Shown here one piece after another: positions 19,694 to 28,988 of a DNA stretch of 64,000 nucleotides (position 1 is its first letter; each line of letters starts with the position of its first letter). Origin of the DNA: an uncultured Candidatus Saccharibacteria bacterium. GTDB lineage: Bacteria; Patescibacteriota; Minisyncoccia; Phycocordibacterales; GCA-2401445. Under the pieces are notes generated by a model. It made no database searches. It worked only from the letters and a program-made list of their open reading frames with translations, and was not told the DNA's origin. The stretch is taken from contig CAYTAR010000004.1 of NCBI GenBank assembly GCA_964436015.1, positions 23,454 to 87,453 of the forward strand, written 5' to 3'. The translations under genes and the position numbers were made by a program.

Positions 19694-20977
19694 TTACTCC
19701 AAATTAATTACTGACTGAGTAAGCATATAAATATCTCCCGCACCGAGCATTACCACGACATGAGTATCGTCAAAAGTACTAATGAGCGACTGCGCTTCAT
19801 TGAACGATGCATACACACTTGTGTTAATTCCTTTTTCCTTTATTGCGTCTCCAAGCATCATTGAATTAATACTTCCGTCATCTTTCTCGCGAGACGCGTA
19901 AATCGGCAACAAAACCACCCGATCTGCAGACGAGAGCGATTCAACAAATCCTTGAAATAGTTGTTTGGTACGAGAAAAAAGATGGGGCTCAAATACTGCA
20001 ACAATGTTTTTATCAGGGGACAACTCACGCGCACCTTGTAGTGTTGCGCTAATCTCTGTAGGGTGATGTGCGTAATCATCATACAAAACCGCCCCACCTG
20101 ACACACGTCCTTTATATTCAAATCTCCTCCACGTACCATTAAATGTAGTAAGCGCCGCGAGACTCACCTCACGAGGAACCCCAAGAGTTTCCATAAGCGC
20201 AACCACCGCCCCCGCGTTCTTTCTGTTGTGTATTCCTGGAACACGCAATACAACGTCCTGACTTTCATACTTCACCACCGGCGCATCAATGCCACTTAAT
20301 GCCCGTACTACTGTTGGTTGTGTAGTGTCAGCTATCACCCTTCCTTGTGGTGGAACTTTTAATGCAAACTCATGAAATGCTTTTTCAATATCAGAGAGGT
20401 CAGTATAATAATCCAAATGATCTGACTCTATGTTGGTAATAACCACATACGTTGGGTTGAACTGTAAAAAAGAACGGCGGTACTCACATGCCTCAATTAC
20501 TACATAGTTTCCTTTTCCTGAGACATAGTTTGTTCCCGTCTCAGAAAGAAAAGAACCTACAATCACCGTCGGATCTAATCCTACTTCCTTCATCACATGA
20601 GCTATCATTGCGGTTGTTGTTGTCTTTCCGTGAGTACCTGAAACTGCAATAACAGTGCGTCCTTCCGTCATCTGTGCGAGTGCTTCCGGATAAGTAAAAG
20701 TAGGAACTCCCCGTGAAAGAGCTTTTTTGTACTCTGGGTTTGTCTCAGAAACTGCGATTGTTCGAACTACCGCATCTACTCCATCGGGAAGTGAATTTTC
20801 AGACTGCTCATACGATATAGAAATTCCGATATTAAGTAATTTCTCACTCACCACGCTTGCGTGCGTATCACTCCCTGTGACGCGCAAACCATGATCAACA
20901 AACATACGTGCAAGCGCAGACATACCAATCCCACCAATACCAATCATATGAATCTGACGCGCATCCTTTAATTTCAT
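19694..20977 (-). CDS. murC: UDP-N-acetylmuramate--L-alanine ligase
   Basis: IHMIGIGGIGMSALA…GTHGKTTTTAM. Start likely MKLKDARQ at 20977. Confidence 0.9.
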   Translation of the reverse strand: MKLKDARQIHMIGIGGIGMSALARMFVDHGLRVTGSDTHASVVSEKLLNIGISISYEQSENSLPDGVDAVVRTIAVSETNPEYKKALSRGVPTFTYPEALAQMTEGRTVIAVSGTHGKTTTTAMIAHVMKEVGLDPTVIVGSFLSETGTNYVSGKGNYVVIEACEYRRSFLQFNPTYVVITNIESDHLDYYTDLSDIEKAFHEFALKVPPQGRVIADTTQPTVVRALSGIDAPVVKYESQDVVLRVPGIHNRKNAGAVVALMETLGVPREVSLAALTTFNGTWRRFEYKGRVSGGAVLYDDYAHHPTEISATLQGARELSPDKNIVAVFEPHLFSRTKQLFQGFVESLSSADRVVLLPIYASREKDDGSINSMMLGDAIKEKGINTSVYASFNEAQSLISTFDDTHVVVMLGAGDIYMLTQSVINLE

Positions 20978-21031
20978 ACCGACAGCATACCACGCATCCA
21001 AAACCTTGACAAAAAAAGAAATTACTACAGA

Positions 21032-21940
21032 ATGTGTCCAGACACTCTTTGTAAACACTCTCTTATGTACACGAAATCATACCGTTGCAACGATCATCTC
21101 ACTGTCATGCTCTGTGGGACCCCTACCGATTGGCGGGTTCGCCTATCACGAGACAGAACGAAGCCATTGTATACGCAATTCAGTGACAAGATAACTTCGC
21201 ACATTGCGGAGCTCCTGGCGCCCTACTCGGTTACAGAGTTACTGCTTCCGAGTACGTTCACCTGCGGAAACAAAGGTGCTCCCAGTAGTGAATTCATTGA
21301 GAAAACTGAAATTAACGGAATCACCATCCGAACGCACCCAAGTCCGCTTGATGTCTGTGATATTCCCCCTGGATGTGCGGGAGCTATCGCCCCCGCAGAC
21401 TGCCGAACACTTCTCTTGCAGTCCAAAGAAAAGTTGGTAATCGCACACGCATCCTTAAATGGCCTTTTGGAAATGGAAGGGTTCCGTAGAAGTTGTTTGG
21501 TTCACCCCGGCACTCTCTTTGAGCAACCCGTTGAAAGCGTTGTCTCACGAAGTATTGGGATGATAACCGAGACCGGTACGCGTACAGAGGATCTACACGC
21601 GTATTCTTTTTTGGGAATATCTCTCCAAGGGCTGATATACCCTCCTTACCACCCTGAGCACGGAGAGCGGAACAAGCAGGTACTCAAATACCTTAAGAAA
21701 CTTGAGTCCTCAGCAAGACTTGGTGACATGTGTCTTCCTGGAAAAAGTCACCATATTGATCTGTGCGGTATCATTACCGCGCAACTCAAGCGCTCCAATG
21801 TTCCCCTTGAACATATCACCCACTGTTCACATCACACAGACATTGAACTGACTCCAGAGCGCGAACGCTTCCGGTGGCACAGCTACAGGAGAAGCCGTGG
21901 ATCAGAGCGAAACCTTGTGCTTGCAGTACATCATCGGTAA
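21032..21940 (+). CDS. pgeF: YfiH/PgeF-family (DUF152) purine-nucleoside phosphorylase / peptidoglycan editing factor-like
   Basis: IAPADCRTLLL…VIAHASLNGL and C-terminal WHSYRR motifs. Opposite strand to its neighbours, elevated GC, start codon uncertain. Confidence 0.5.
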   Translation: MCPDTLCKHSLMYTKSYRCNDHLTVMLCGTPTDWRVRLSRDRTKPLYTQFSDKITSHIAELLAPYSVTELLLPSTFTCGNKGAPSSEFIEKTEINGITIRTHPSPLDVCDIPPGCAGAIAPADCRTLLLQSKEKLVIAHASLNGLLEMEGFRRSCLVHPGTLFEQPVESVVSRSIGMITETGTRTEDLHAYSFLGISLQGLIYPPYHPEHGERNKQVLKYLKKLESSARLGDMCLPGKSHHIDLCGIITAQLKRSNVPLEHITHCSHHTDIELTPERERFRWHSYRRSRGSERNLVLAVHHR

Positions 21941-21982
21941 ACAAAAGACAACCGCCCGAGTTTCGGGCGGTTTTATTTTTAC

Positions 21983-23305
21983 TCACGCTCGTTGATACTT
22001 CATTATTTCATTTACAAAAGTATCGTTTCGTTCATACTCATTCTTAAATTCATGACTGAATGATGCGAACCCAGGACTGAATAGCATTGTCTTTGTACGT
22101 GGAGTTATCTCTATTCCCTTTTTTACACATTCCGACAGTGACACATACTCAGCGTATGGTACCGAGAGCATCGGTTTCAACCTCTCTGTGCCTGAACCGG
22201 AAAGTAACACAAGTGATACTCCTCCATTATTCAATTCATTCGCGAGAATTGAAAGATCTAATCCTTTATCCGCACCACCAAGAATAACAGTTCCCAATGT
22301 GTCTTTATACGCTCGAATTCCAGCCATCACTGCATCAGGAGTTGTTGAATTATTATCATTTACCACCATTACACTTTCAAATACTCCCAAATTCTCCAAC
22401 CTACCGGGCACACCGGTAAATGTTTGCAGGTGATTAATAATATGTTCCTCTGGTATACCAAGTGCAAGGAGCGCATTAAAAGCACATGCTGCGTTACTCA
22501 CATTATGAGCGCCTGGAATTCGCAACGGCACATGCTTAATCGTATCTCGCATGGAAATCCGGGCTCGTGAAGCATGTGTGTCTGCATATTGTTTCAAAAA
22601 TGGAATCACGCTTTCATCAGCAACAAGCACATCATCGTTTTTTTGATACGCGAAAATTGCTGACTTATCATAAAAGTACGTTTTCATGTCGTTCTTGTAG
22701 TAATTCATGTGATCTGGCATGAAGCTCGTGAATACTGCAACATGCGGGCTTATTTTTTCCTCATGAAAACCTTGTAGTTGCCACGAATCAAGTTCAAGTA
22801 CTGCGTACTCATAGTTTGAAGCGTATGGAAGCTCCGCAAGAGTAGAAACTCCTCGCACATTTCCACCAAGCAATATATTCTTTCCACTTTCACGCAACAC
22901 ATGCGCAATCAAATGGGTTACAGTTGATTTTCCTCTCGTACCAGTAATACCAATAATTGGAATACCAGCAAACCGCGCAAAAAGCGCAGTGCTCATACTC
23001 ACGGGAATACCGTTCTTTTTTGCTTCAGAAATAAAAACTGAATCAAGTGGAACATTGGCACCCTTAATGATTAAATCTCTATCTTGAAAATCAGACATCA
23101 CATGTCCACCTAAATGAAGAGTGATACCAGGTAGCCCACGCACCGCATTTATTGAATCAGAGAGATCACTCTCCCCTTTCATATCGGTAACAATCGTTTC
23201 TGCACCGGCTAAAGAAAGAAATTTCGCATCTCCTATGCCACGCCCCAATACACCAAGTCCCATGAGCGTTACCCGCTTCCCTTTAAAAAATGTTTGCCAG
23301 TCCAT
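21983..23305 (-). CDS. murD: UDP-N-acetylmuramoylalanine--D-glutamate ligase
   Basis: MDWQTFFKGKRVTLMGLGVLGRG…GITGTRGKSTVTHL. Start at 23305. Confidence 0.85.
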   Translation of the reverse strand: MDWQTFFKGKRVTLMGLGVLGRGIGDAKFLSLAGAETIVTDMKGESDLSDSINAVRGLPGITLHLGGHVMSDFQDRDLIIKGANVPLDSVFISEAKKNGIPVSMSTALFARFAGIPIIGITGTRGKSTVTHLIAHVLRESGKNILLGGNVRGVSTLAELPYASNYEYAVLELDSWQLQGFHEEKISPHVAVFTSFMPDHMNYYKNDMKTYFYDKSAIFAYQKNDDVLVADESVIPFLKQYADTHASRARISMRDTIKHVPLRIPGAHNVSNAACAFNALLALGIPEEHIINHLQTFTGVPGRLENLGVFESVMVVNDNNSTTPDAVMAGIRAYKDTLGTVILGGADKGLDLSILANELNNGGVSLVLLSGSGTERLKPMLSVPYAEYVSLSECVKKGIEITPRTKTMLFSPGFASFSHEFKNEYERNDTFVNEIMKYQRA

Positions 23306-23384
23306 ACTCACCATACTACCGTAAACGACCAATAAAAAAAACCCGAAGCGCATGCGCTTCGGGTTTTGTGATTCCTCAAACAGC

Positions 23385-24632
23385 TTACAAACGTTGTTGC
23401 TGTTGAGGAAACAACTGATCCTCAAGAGGTGCTTGCATTAAATGCAGGAGGATAGGTGACTTCGGGATCTCCCGATGCACCCTTTTCTCAATGAGGAAGC
23501 GTTCCCGCCACTTCGTATACCCTTCCCCCGAGAAGGAAGCAACGAGGGTATCCTCAATGGTTTGAATTTTGAGCCTCGTCGGCTTCACCTCAGGGTGAGA
23601 ATGACTCCCGTTAAAGAGCCAGCCGGGAGTATCGTGGAGATACCAACGATCTCCAGTGTTTTCCTTCAACAACTCCTCAAACTGTGCGCGAGTGAATCGC
23701 ACACCGTCGTGGTGTGTGTACTCGGTGACCACGAGCATTGCTCGCAGTCTCCTTAAACTTGCAATGCTCTCGGGAAGCGAACGCCGATCAACCGAGATAC
23801 ACACATGCCCGGTTTCCGGATTCCTCTGAACCAGAAACCCGTTTGTTCCCGTCGCTACCGATCGGTAGGCACGAATGCAGTGCGGATTACTACTTTCAAC
23901 CAGCACAGCGGTGTACAACTCACCCGCTGACCCTTCCCCACTGACTTCCCGATACGGCGCAATCCGGATTAGTTGCACTGCCTCCTCGTAAAGGAGAGAG
24001 TCATCGGCAAACGCCGATTTGAGTGCATTGAAGACACCAAGCATCAAGTGATTACCCCTGCACTCACGGAGTGCGAGCAAGATATTCACCAACTCAAAGT
24101 GAAGCTGGTGTGCACGGCCGTTGGAGGCCTTTAGAAACCTTGTAAATGATTCCCCACACAAGGGCAAACCAAGCTCGGCGTACAACGCACGTCCTTGTTT
24201 TTTTTGCCCCACACCCCTTTGGTATACCGCATCAATCGCTGTGTAAACAAACTCAGCAACCGCCGAGTCTGTCCACCCCACACGGTAAAGCATCTTAATG
24301 ATATTCTCCAGGTGAGAAGGCGTTGCGCCACCGCGGTTATCGATTACACACACCTCTTCCTTCAGACGATGAAGAAAAGAGATTGAGGGAACCTTCAGAA
24401 GATTCAACGTGAGCGCGAACGCACACGTATCCTTTCTGGTCCCATCGCGCCGATGTTCATCACACGGACCAAAACCAGTCCCGATGAGCAGGTCGCCGTC
24501 GACTTGTTGTGGATTGGAGGAAAAGGCAATTTCCCCCCGTACCACACCTCCGAATTTGACGCATGCCCAGTAGGCAGCGAGTTCGTCTAAATGAGCCCGC
24601 GGGTGAGTTACCACTCGCCTTATTTTTTTCAT
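23385..24632 (-). CDS. hypothetical protein, weak MYG1/UPF0160-like N-terminus, GC-rich relative to surroundings
   Basis: N-terminal VVTHPRAHLDELAAYWAC resembles the MYG1 GTHxGxFHxDE signature. 415 aa. Visibly higher GC than flanking genes. Confidence 0.4.
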   Translation of the reverse strand: MKKIRRVVTHPRAHLDELAAYWACVKFGGVVRGEIAFSSNPQQVDGDLLIGTGFGPCDEHRRDGTRKDTCAFALTLNLLKVPSISFLHRLKEEVCVIDNRGGATPSHLENIIKMLYRVGWTDSAVAEFVYTAIDAVYQRGVGQKKQGRALYAELGLPLCGESFTRFLKASNGRAHQLHFELVNILLALRECRGNHLMLGVFNALKSAFADDSLLYEEAVQLIRIAPYREVSGEGSAGELYTAVLVESSNPHCIRAYRSVATGTNGFLVQRNPETGHVCISVDRRSLPESIASLRRLRAMLVVTEYTHHDGVRFTRAQFEELLKENTGDRWYLHDTPGWLFNGSHSHPEVKPTRLKIQTIEDTLVASFSGEGYTKWRERFLIEKRVHREIPKSPILLHLMQAPLEDQLFPQQQQRL

Positions 24633-24942
24633 TACGATATCCCTTCGTTTTTTGTTTACTACTCTAAGGTTTCGTTCTTACACGACAAAGAACACATTTA
24701 GCGAGTATTATATCATACTTTTTATATATAGTCAATACCATGTAATGGTTCAATAGTTTGGCAACACACAACGGGTAACATGAAAATTATATGGAAGAAT
24801 TACTTAATGTACTAAACCATTGTACCATTCACTCTGATATTCTAGAAAGTAATGTAAAAACCGATTGTTTCCTTTAACACATCTCCAACAAAAGATTATT
24901 GTGGCATTCTTATACACCAGTATATACCCTAATAATATATGC

Positions 24943-24968
24943 ATATCATACGATATATCGTATGATAT
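24943..24968. promoter_or_regulatory. 26-bp perfect palindrome (candidate operator) immediately upstream of the TrpR-like gene
   Basis: ATATCATACGATATATCGTATGATAT, ending 6 nt before the ATG at 24974. Confidence 0.5.
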
Positions 24969-24973
24969 AAAGT

Positions 24974-25360
24974 ATGCCCCATGTATCAAAACGACTACTT
25001 GAGAAGCACGAGTATGTGGACATTCACAAACAACTTTTCAAAACAATTGCCTTACTCGCCCGATCCGGAAAGACAGGAGCTGTTCTCAATGAACTTCTTA
25101 CTAAAACTGAGAAACTCATGCTTGCGAAGCGTCTCGCTATTATAATTATGCTTGATAAAAAAGAATCACCATACGCTATTGAAAAAATTTTAAAAATAAG
25201 CCCCTCTACTTCTGCTCGATTATCACTTAGCTATGAACAAGGTGCATACAATGAACTATTGAAAGAAATTCGAGCCGACCAAGGTTTTTGGAAACTAATT
25301 GAAAAGATCTTGCCACCGAGAGTAGGAAGGAATCGCTTCAAAAACTTTTTGCAATTTTAA
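24974..25360 (+). CDS. TrpR-like / YerC-YecD family DNA-binding protein
   Basis: LTKTEKLMLAKRLAIIIML… helix-turn-helix; 128 aa. Confidence 0.6.
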   Translation: MPHVSKRLLEKHEYVDIHKQLFKTIALLARSGKTGAVLNELLTKTEKLMLAKRLAIIIMLDKKESPYAIEKILKISPSTSARLSLSYEQGAYNELLKEIRADQGFWKLIEKILPPRVGRNRFKNFLQF

Positions 25361-25373
25361 AACACTTTTCTTT

Positions 25374-25395
25374 CTCATACGATATATCGTATGAG
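25374..25395. promoter_or_regulatory. second copy of the same palindrome core (22 bp) just downstream of the TrpR-like stop
   Basis: CTCATACGATATATCGTATGAG; the 20-bp core TCATACGATATATCGTATGA is identical to 24946-24965. Confidence 0.5.
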
Positions 25396-25804
25396 AAGAG
25401 ACTATAACATTCAAATACACTGTTGCAAAAAAGTGCATTGTCTAAACAGGTTCAGTACCCCGATTGGATTTTTTCTTCGCCTTTCAGGCTCAAAAAAATA
25501 CTCAATCGGCCTGCCTGCCGGTAGGCAGGGCTTCGATTCTGGCATGGAAGCATCCCCATGCTTCCACTCAGGCACGGGAGGGGGTCAGGGAACGGGAGTT
25601 TCCCGTGGAGTGAGAATGCATGGGTATGCATTCGCAAGGCCGGAGGCAGATGTGCCGAGGCGGGGTCGCGGGCTTTTTCAACAGAAAAAAGACCTGTGAC
25701 AGGTAGCGAGTGAGTCTGCGAGCGAGCGTCGGAAAACCGTGGGCGACCAATTTTCTAACATCTACTAATGTTAGAAAATGGAAGCACCCTTGTGGTGTTT
25801 CCAA

Positions 25805-25823
25805 GGTGCCCTCGGCCAGAATC
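25805..25823 (-). repeat. 19-nt direct repeat of the tRNA-Arg 3-prime end (acceptor/T-loop)
   Basis: gtgccctcggccagaatcg is identical to 25995-26013, same orientation, ~190 bp distal. Confidence 0.5.
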
Positions 25824-25995
25824 GGTCACGAGTTACTAATGTGCTCGGAAGTAAGAACTTCCTGTGCGCATAAGTACTCTCGACCCCGCCTCGTCTGTTT
25901 TGAGAGTACTCAAAACATGACTCCTGCTTTCGATTCGGCACGCGACCAAAGTAGTTTGGTCGCTCTCGGGCGCAGTTTTCACTGTGTTCAAACTG

Positions 25996-26067
25996 TGCCC
26001 TCGGCCAGAATCGAACTGACATCAGACCCTTAGGACGGGCCTGTTCTATCCATTGAACTACGAGGGC
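25996..26067 (-). tRNA. tRNA-Arg (anticodon CCT)
   Basis: Manual fold: acceptor GCCCTCG/CGAGGGC, D-arm GTTC-AATGGATA-GAAC, anticodon stem GGCCC/GGGTC with loop GTCCTAA, T-arm GTCAG-TTCGATT-CTGGC, discriminator A. CCA not encoded. Confidence 0.75.
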
Positions 26068-26139
26068 AATAGCGCTACTATACCATGAATCTACATACGT
26101 AAAAACGCCCGAACTCTCGGGCGTTTTTACTTCTATAGA

Positions 26140-26382
26140 CTATGCAGAAATTCCCAATGCCTTTGTGAGAGCCTCTTTATCAAAACCGACAATTGGATCA
26201 CTTCCTTCAACGACAATAACTGGAACTCCCATCTGACCAGTTTTATCAATCATCTCTTGTCGCTTGTCCATGTCACTCGCAACATCAAAATCCTCAAATG
26301 CAACTCCCTTTTCTCCCAAAAACTCTTTTGTCATTTTACAATATCCGCACGTAGGTGTGCTGTAAATAGTTACTTTCTTCAT
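26140..26382 (-). CDS. glutaredoxin-like protein (NrdH/YruB-like)
   Basis: CGYC redox motif, 80 aa, thioredoxin fold. Confidence 0.75.
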   Translation of the reverse strand: MKKVTIYSTPTCGYCKMTKEFLGEKGVAFEDFDVASDMDKRQEMIDKTGQMGVPVIVVEGSDPIVGFDKEALTKALGISA

Positions 26383-26433
26383 ATCTTAATACAAATTACT
26401 ATTAATTACTCATGTTGTAAAAGTATACCATAT

Positions 26434-26823
26434 CTACTCACCAAACTTAAACCAATCAAATATTCGCGAAAACCATGAACGTGAGACCCCTCCAACACTT
26501 TGGGCTTTGGTTACTTCCGGCCCTGTGGGGAGTATAATCGCCAATTTTTCATCTGGACGAGCAACGCGAAACCTCTCTCGTATCTCCTCCTCTTCCCCCC
26601 TTTCAGTTTCAAGTATTGCTAATTCACTCTCTAGTTCTACCTGCTTTTGAAGTAGAGTATCATACTCAGACTGAAGCCCTTCACGTACAATCCGTGACTC
26701 AGTGTATGTCGCATACACACCACGGACCGCGTTAAGTGCAAACACTGACAAAAGTAACAATAGAAAAAAAACTGAATATAGTAACAGCGGCCTCCGTTTT
26801 CTTTTTAATTGATACGCTCGCAT
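26434..26823 (-). CDS. septum formation initiator (FtsB/DivIC)-like protein
   Basis: N-terminal TM followed by a coiled-coil (QKQVELESELAILETERGE). Confidence 0.4.
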   Translation of the reverse strand: MRAYQLKRKRRPLLLYSVFFLLLLLSVFALNAVRGVYATYTESRIVREGLQSEYDTLLQKQVELESELAILETERGEEEEIRERFRVARPDEKLAIILPTGPEVTKAQSVGGVSRSWFSRIFDWFKFGE

Positions 26824-26969
26824 AAATATAGTATATCAGATATAATCTGCCTTATATGATATTCAATAAAAAAAATCAGAAAATAATAAAAGTGGTCTGG
26901 GCGCTACTCAGCATCATGATTATCATCAGCATGATAGCTATTTCTGCCCCAATTCTCATACAGTAATTA

Positions 26970-26997
26970 TTGACTTTTCAGCTCTATGTGCTATAAT
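26970..26997 (+). promoter_or_regulatory. consensus sigma70-type promoter (TTGACT-16 nt-TATAAT)
   Basis: ttgact at 26970-26975 and tataat at 26992-26997; ATG of a 32-aa ORF 8 nt downstream. Confidence 0.4.
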
Positions 26998-27005
26998 GCA
27001 TGTGG

Positions 27006-27104
27006 ATGAAATCAAACTCTAAAAGATGGTCCCTCTGGGACCTGATTGAATTAGGGCTTGTCATAGCCCTCGCACTGGGCACTCTGTATGCCCTTTCACG
27101 TTAA
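27006..27104 (+). CDS. 32-aa hydrophobic micro-ORF, possibly leaderless
   Basis: Own translation: MKSNSKRWSLWDLIELGLVIALALGTLYALSR. No SD; ATG about 8 nt after the -10; followed by a terminator. Confidence 0.3.
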   Translation: MKSNSKRWSLWDLIELGLVIALALGTLYALSR

Positions 27105-27112
27105 CTCTCAGA

Positions 27113-27145
27113 AAACCCCTCGCGCTCGCCGCGAGGGGTTTTTAT
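27113..27145. terminator. bidirectional rho-independent terminator (also serves lepA)
   Basis: aaaacccctcgcg-ctcgc-cgcgaggggttttta. Confidence 0.55.
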
Positions 27146-28939
27146 TTAAGAATCGGTACGCATCATCTTTAGAAATACGTCGTGTGGAATATGCACCCGT
27201 CCTTGCGACTGCATTTTCTTCTTTCCTTTTTTCTGCTTCTCACGCAACTTCATCTTTCGAGTGATATCCCCTCCGTACATATGCTGGGTAACATCTTTTC
27301 TAAATGCAGAAAGTGTTTTTGAAGACAAGATACGCCCCATTGCACGCGCTTGAATCTTCACTACGATGTTCTGTCGAGGAAGGATGGTGTGCATTTTCTC
27401 AACCGCTCGTTCAGCTTCTTCCTGCACACGGCGTCGTGCTACCACACGTGAAAATGCTGGAACAACCTCCTCAGCAATAAGTAGGTCCAGACGTACCACA
27501 TCCGCCTCTTTGATTTCACCCATTTCATAAGAAATAGAAGCATACCCTGATGTAATACTTTTTAGTTCATCAAAGAAATTTCTCATCAACTCTCGCAGGG
27601 GCATCGCAAGCGAAAGCGATGTTCTATTTTCTCCAAAATTTTCAGTATTTCCGAGTACCGCTTCGTGTTCATAAAGAGACGTCATAAGTGGACCTAAGTA
27701 TTCTGTTGGCACAATAATCGTAGCGTTCACCCACGGCTCATGAATGGCAACCACTATCCCATCATCAGGAAATAGTGATGGTGAGTAAATCGTCTCTTTT
27801 TCACCATTCCGCATCTCAACAAAATAAGTAATAGTAGGAGTAGTTACTACGAGCTCTAAATCAAACTCTCGACGAAGACGCTCAGTGACAATTTCCAAGT
27901 GCAGCATTCCAAGTAACCCACATCGGAATCCCCTCCCTAATGTTCCGGACGCCTCTTCCTCAAAAGTGAGTGATGAATCAGAGAGTTTTAATTTTCCCAA
28001 ACCTTGCTTCAATTCCATAAAATCATCCTGACTCTCCGGATACACACTTGCCCACACCACTGGCTTTGGTTGCATGTATCCAGGGAATGCAGGACTGGTG
28101 TCTTTTGCATGTGACACAGTATCCCCCACAGATGCAATACCTGGTTGTTTAATACCTGTAACGATGTACCCAATTTCACCCGCGGTAAGTTTCTCTTTTG
28201 GTGTCTCACTTGGAGAAAAAATACCGACTTCAAGCGCTTGAAATGTCTCATTCGCGACCTTGAACTTCAGCGGAACACCTTTTGTAATCTGGCCTGAAAG
28301 TACTCGCACGTAGACAATCACCCCACGATGGTTTGAATACTGGAAATCAAACACCAGTGATTGAAAAGGAACATCGGATTCATGTATCACTGGCGGACTA
28401 ATTCGTTTAACTACCTCGTGCAATAATTCACGTACACCCTGCCCAGTCTTTCCTGACACTTCTAGTATTTCATCTACCCCTACATCTAGCAATTTTGCCA
28501 CCTCCTCCTTTACTTCAGCGGTGCGAGCAATGGGAGAATCTATCTTTGACACCGCTGGGATAATTTTCAAACCAAGTTCTCGTGCCATACCAAGCGTAGT
28601 TAATGTCTGTGCCTGCACACCTTGTGTAGCATCAACAAGTAAAATAGAACCCTCAACAGCTTTTAGCGCGCGAGAAACTTCGTACGCAAAATCAATGTGT
28701 CCTGGAGTGTCTATAAGATTCAACACGTATGATTCACCTGAGTCACTCTTAAAATTCATTCTCACCGGTTGCATCTTAATAGTGATTCCACGCTCACGTT
28801 CAAGGTCCATTGAATCAAGCATTTGTTCCTTCATTTTTCGAGACTCAACTGTATTCGTAACCTCAAGCATTCTGTCTGCAAGAGTTGATTTCCCGTGGTC
28901 TATGTGGGCAATAATAGTAAAATTGCGTATGTTATTCAT
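27146..28939 (-). CDS. lepA: elongation factor 4
   Basis: NFTIIAHIDHGKSTLADR…DLERERGITIK; 597 aa. Confidence 0.9.
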   Translation of the reverse strand: MNNIRNFTIIAHIDHGKSTLADRMLEVTNTVESRKMKEQMLDSMDLERERGITIKMQPVRMNFKSDSGESYVLNLIDTPGHIDFAYEVSRALKAVEGSILLVDATQGVQAQTLTTLGMARELGLKIIPAVSKIDSPIARTAEVKEEVAKLLDVGVDEILEVSGKTGQGVRELLHEVVKRISPPVIHESDVPFQSLVFDFQYSNHRGVIVYVRVLSGQITKGVPLKFKVANETFQALEVGIFSPSETPKEKLTAGEIGYIVTGIKQPGIASVGDTVSHAKDTSPAFPGYMQPKPVVWASVYPESQDDFMELKQGLGKLKLSDSSLTFEEEASGTLGRGFRCGLLGMLHLEIVTERLRREFDLELVVTTPTITYFVEMRNGEKETIYSPSLFPDDGIVVAIHEPWVNATIIVPTEYLGPLMTSLYEHEAVLGNTENFGENRTSLSLAMPLRELMRNFFDELKSITSGYASISYEMGEIKEADVVRLDLLIAEEVVPAFSRVVARRRVQEEAERAVEKMHTILPRQNIVVKIQARAMGRILSSKTLSAFRKDVTQHMYGGDITRKMKLREKQKKGKKKMQSQGRVHIPHDVFLKMMRTDS

Positions 28940-28988
28940 GGTGCGTGTATACTATCAGAAAAGACGTTTCAATAAAAGAAGCGACACG

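Noticed and set aside
25480-25900. Possible tmRNA (ssrA)
   Set aside because: A GGGCUUCGAUUCUGG stretch resembles the tmRNA 5-prime end. However, I could not find a matching acceptor partner, a tag reading frame (…AA-stop), or a T-arm in the right place, so the question is unresolved rather than positive.
25391-26033. Track ORFs 25391..25699, 25452..25637, 25568..25804, 25710..26033 and 25771..26022 on both strands of the GC-rich block
   Set aside because: They are short, mutually overlapping on opposite strands, start inside a palindrome or hairpin, and overlap a tRNA. The region behaves as structured non-coding DNA.
25805-26067. Intact integrated prophage or island at tRNA-Arg
   Set aside because: The duplicated 19-nt tRNA end is only ~190 bp from the tRNA, and no integrase or cargo genes lie between, so at most a scar remains.
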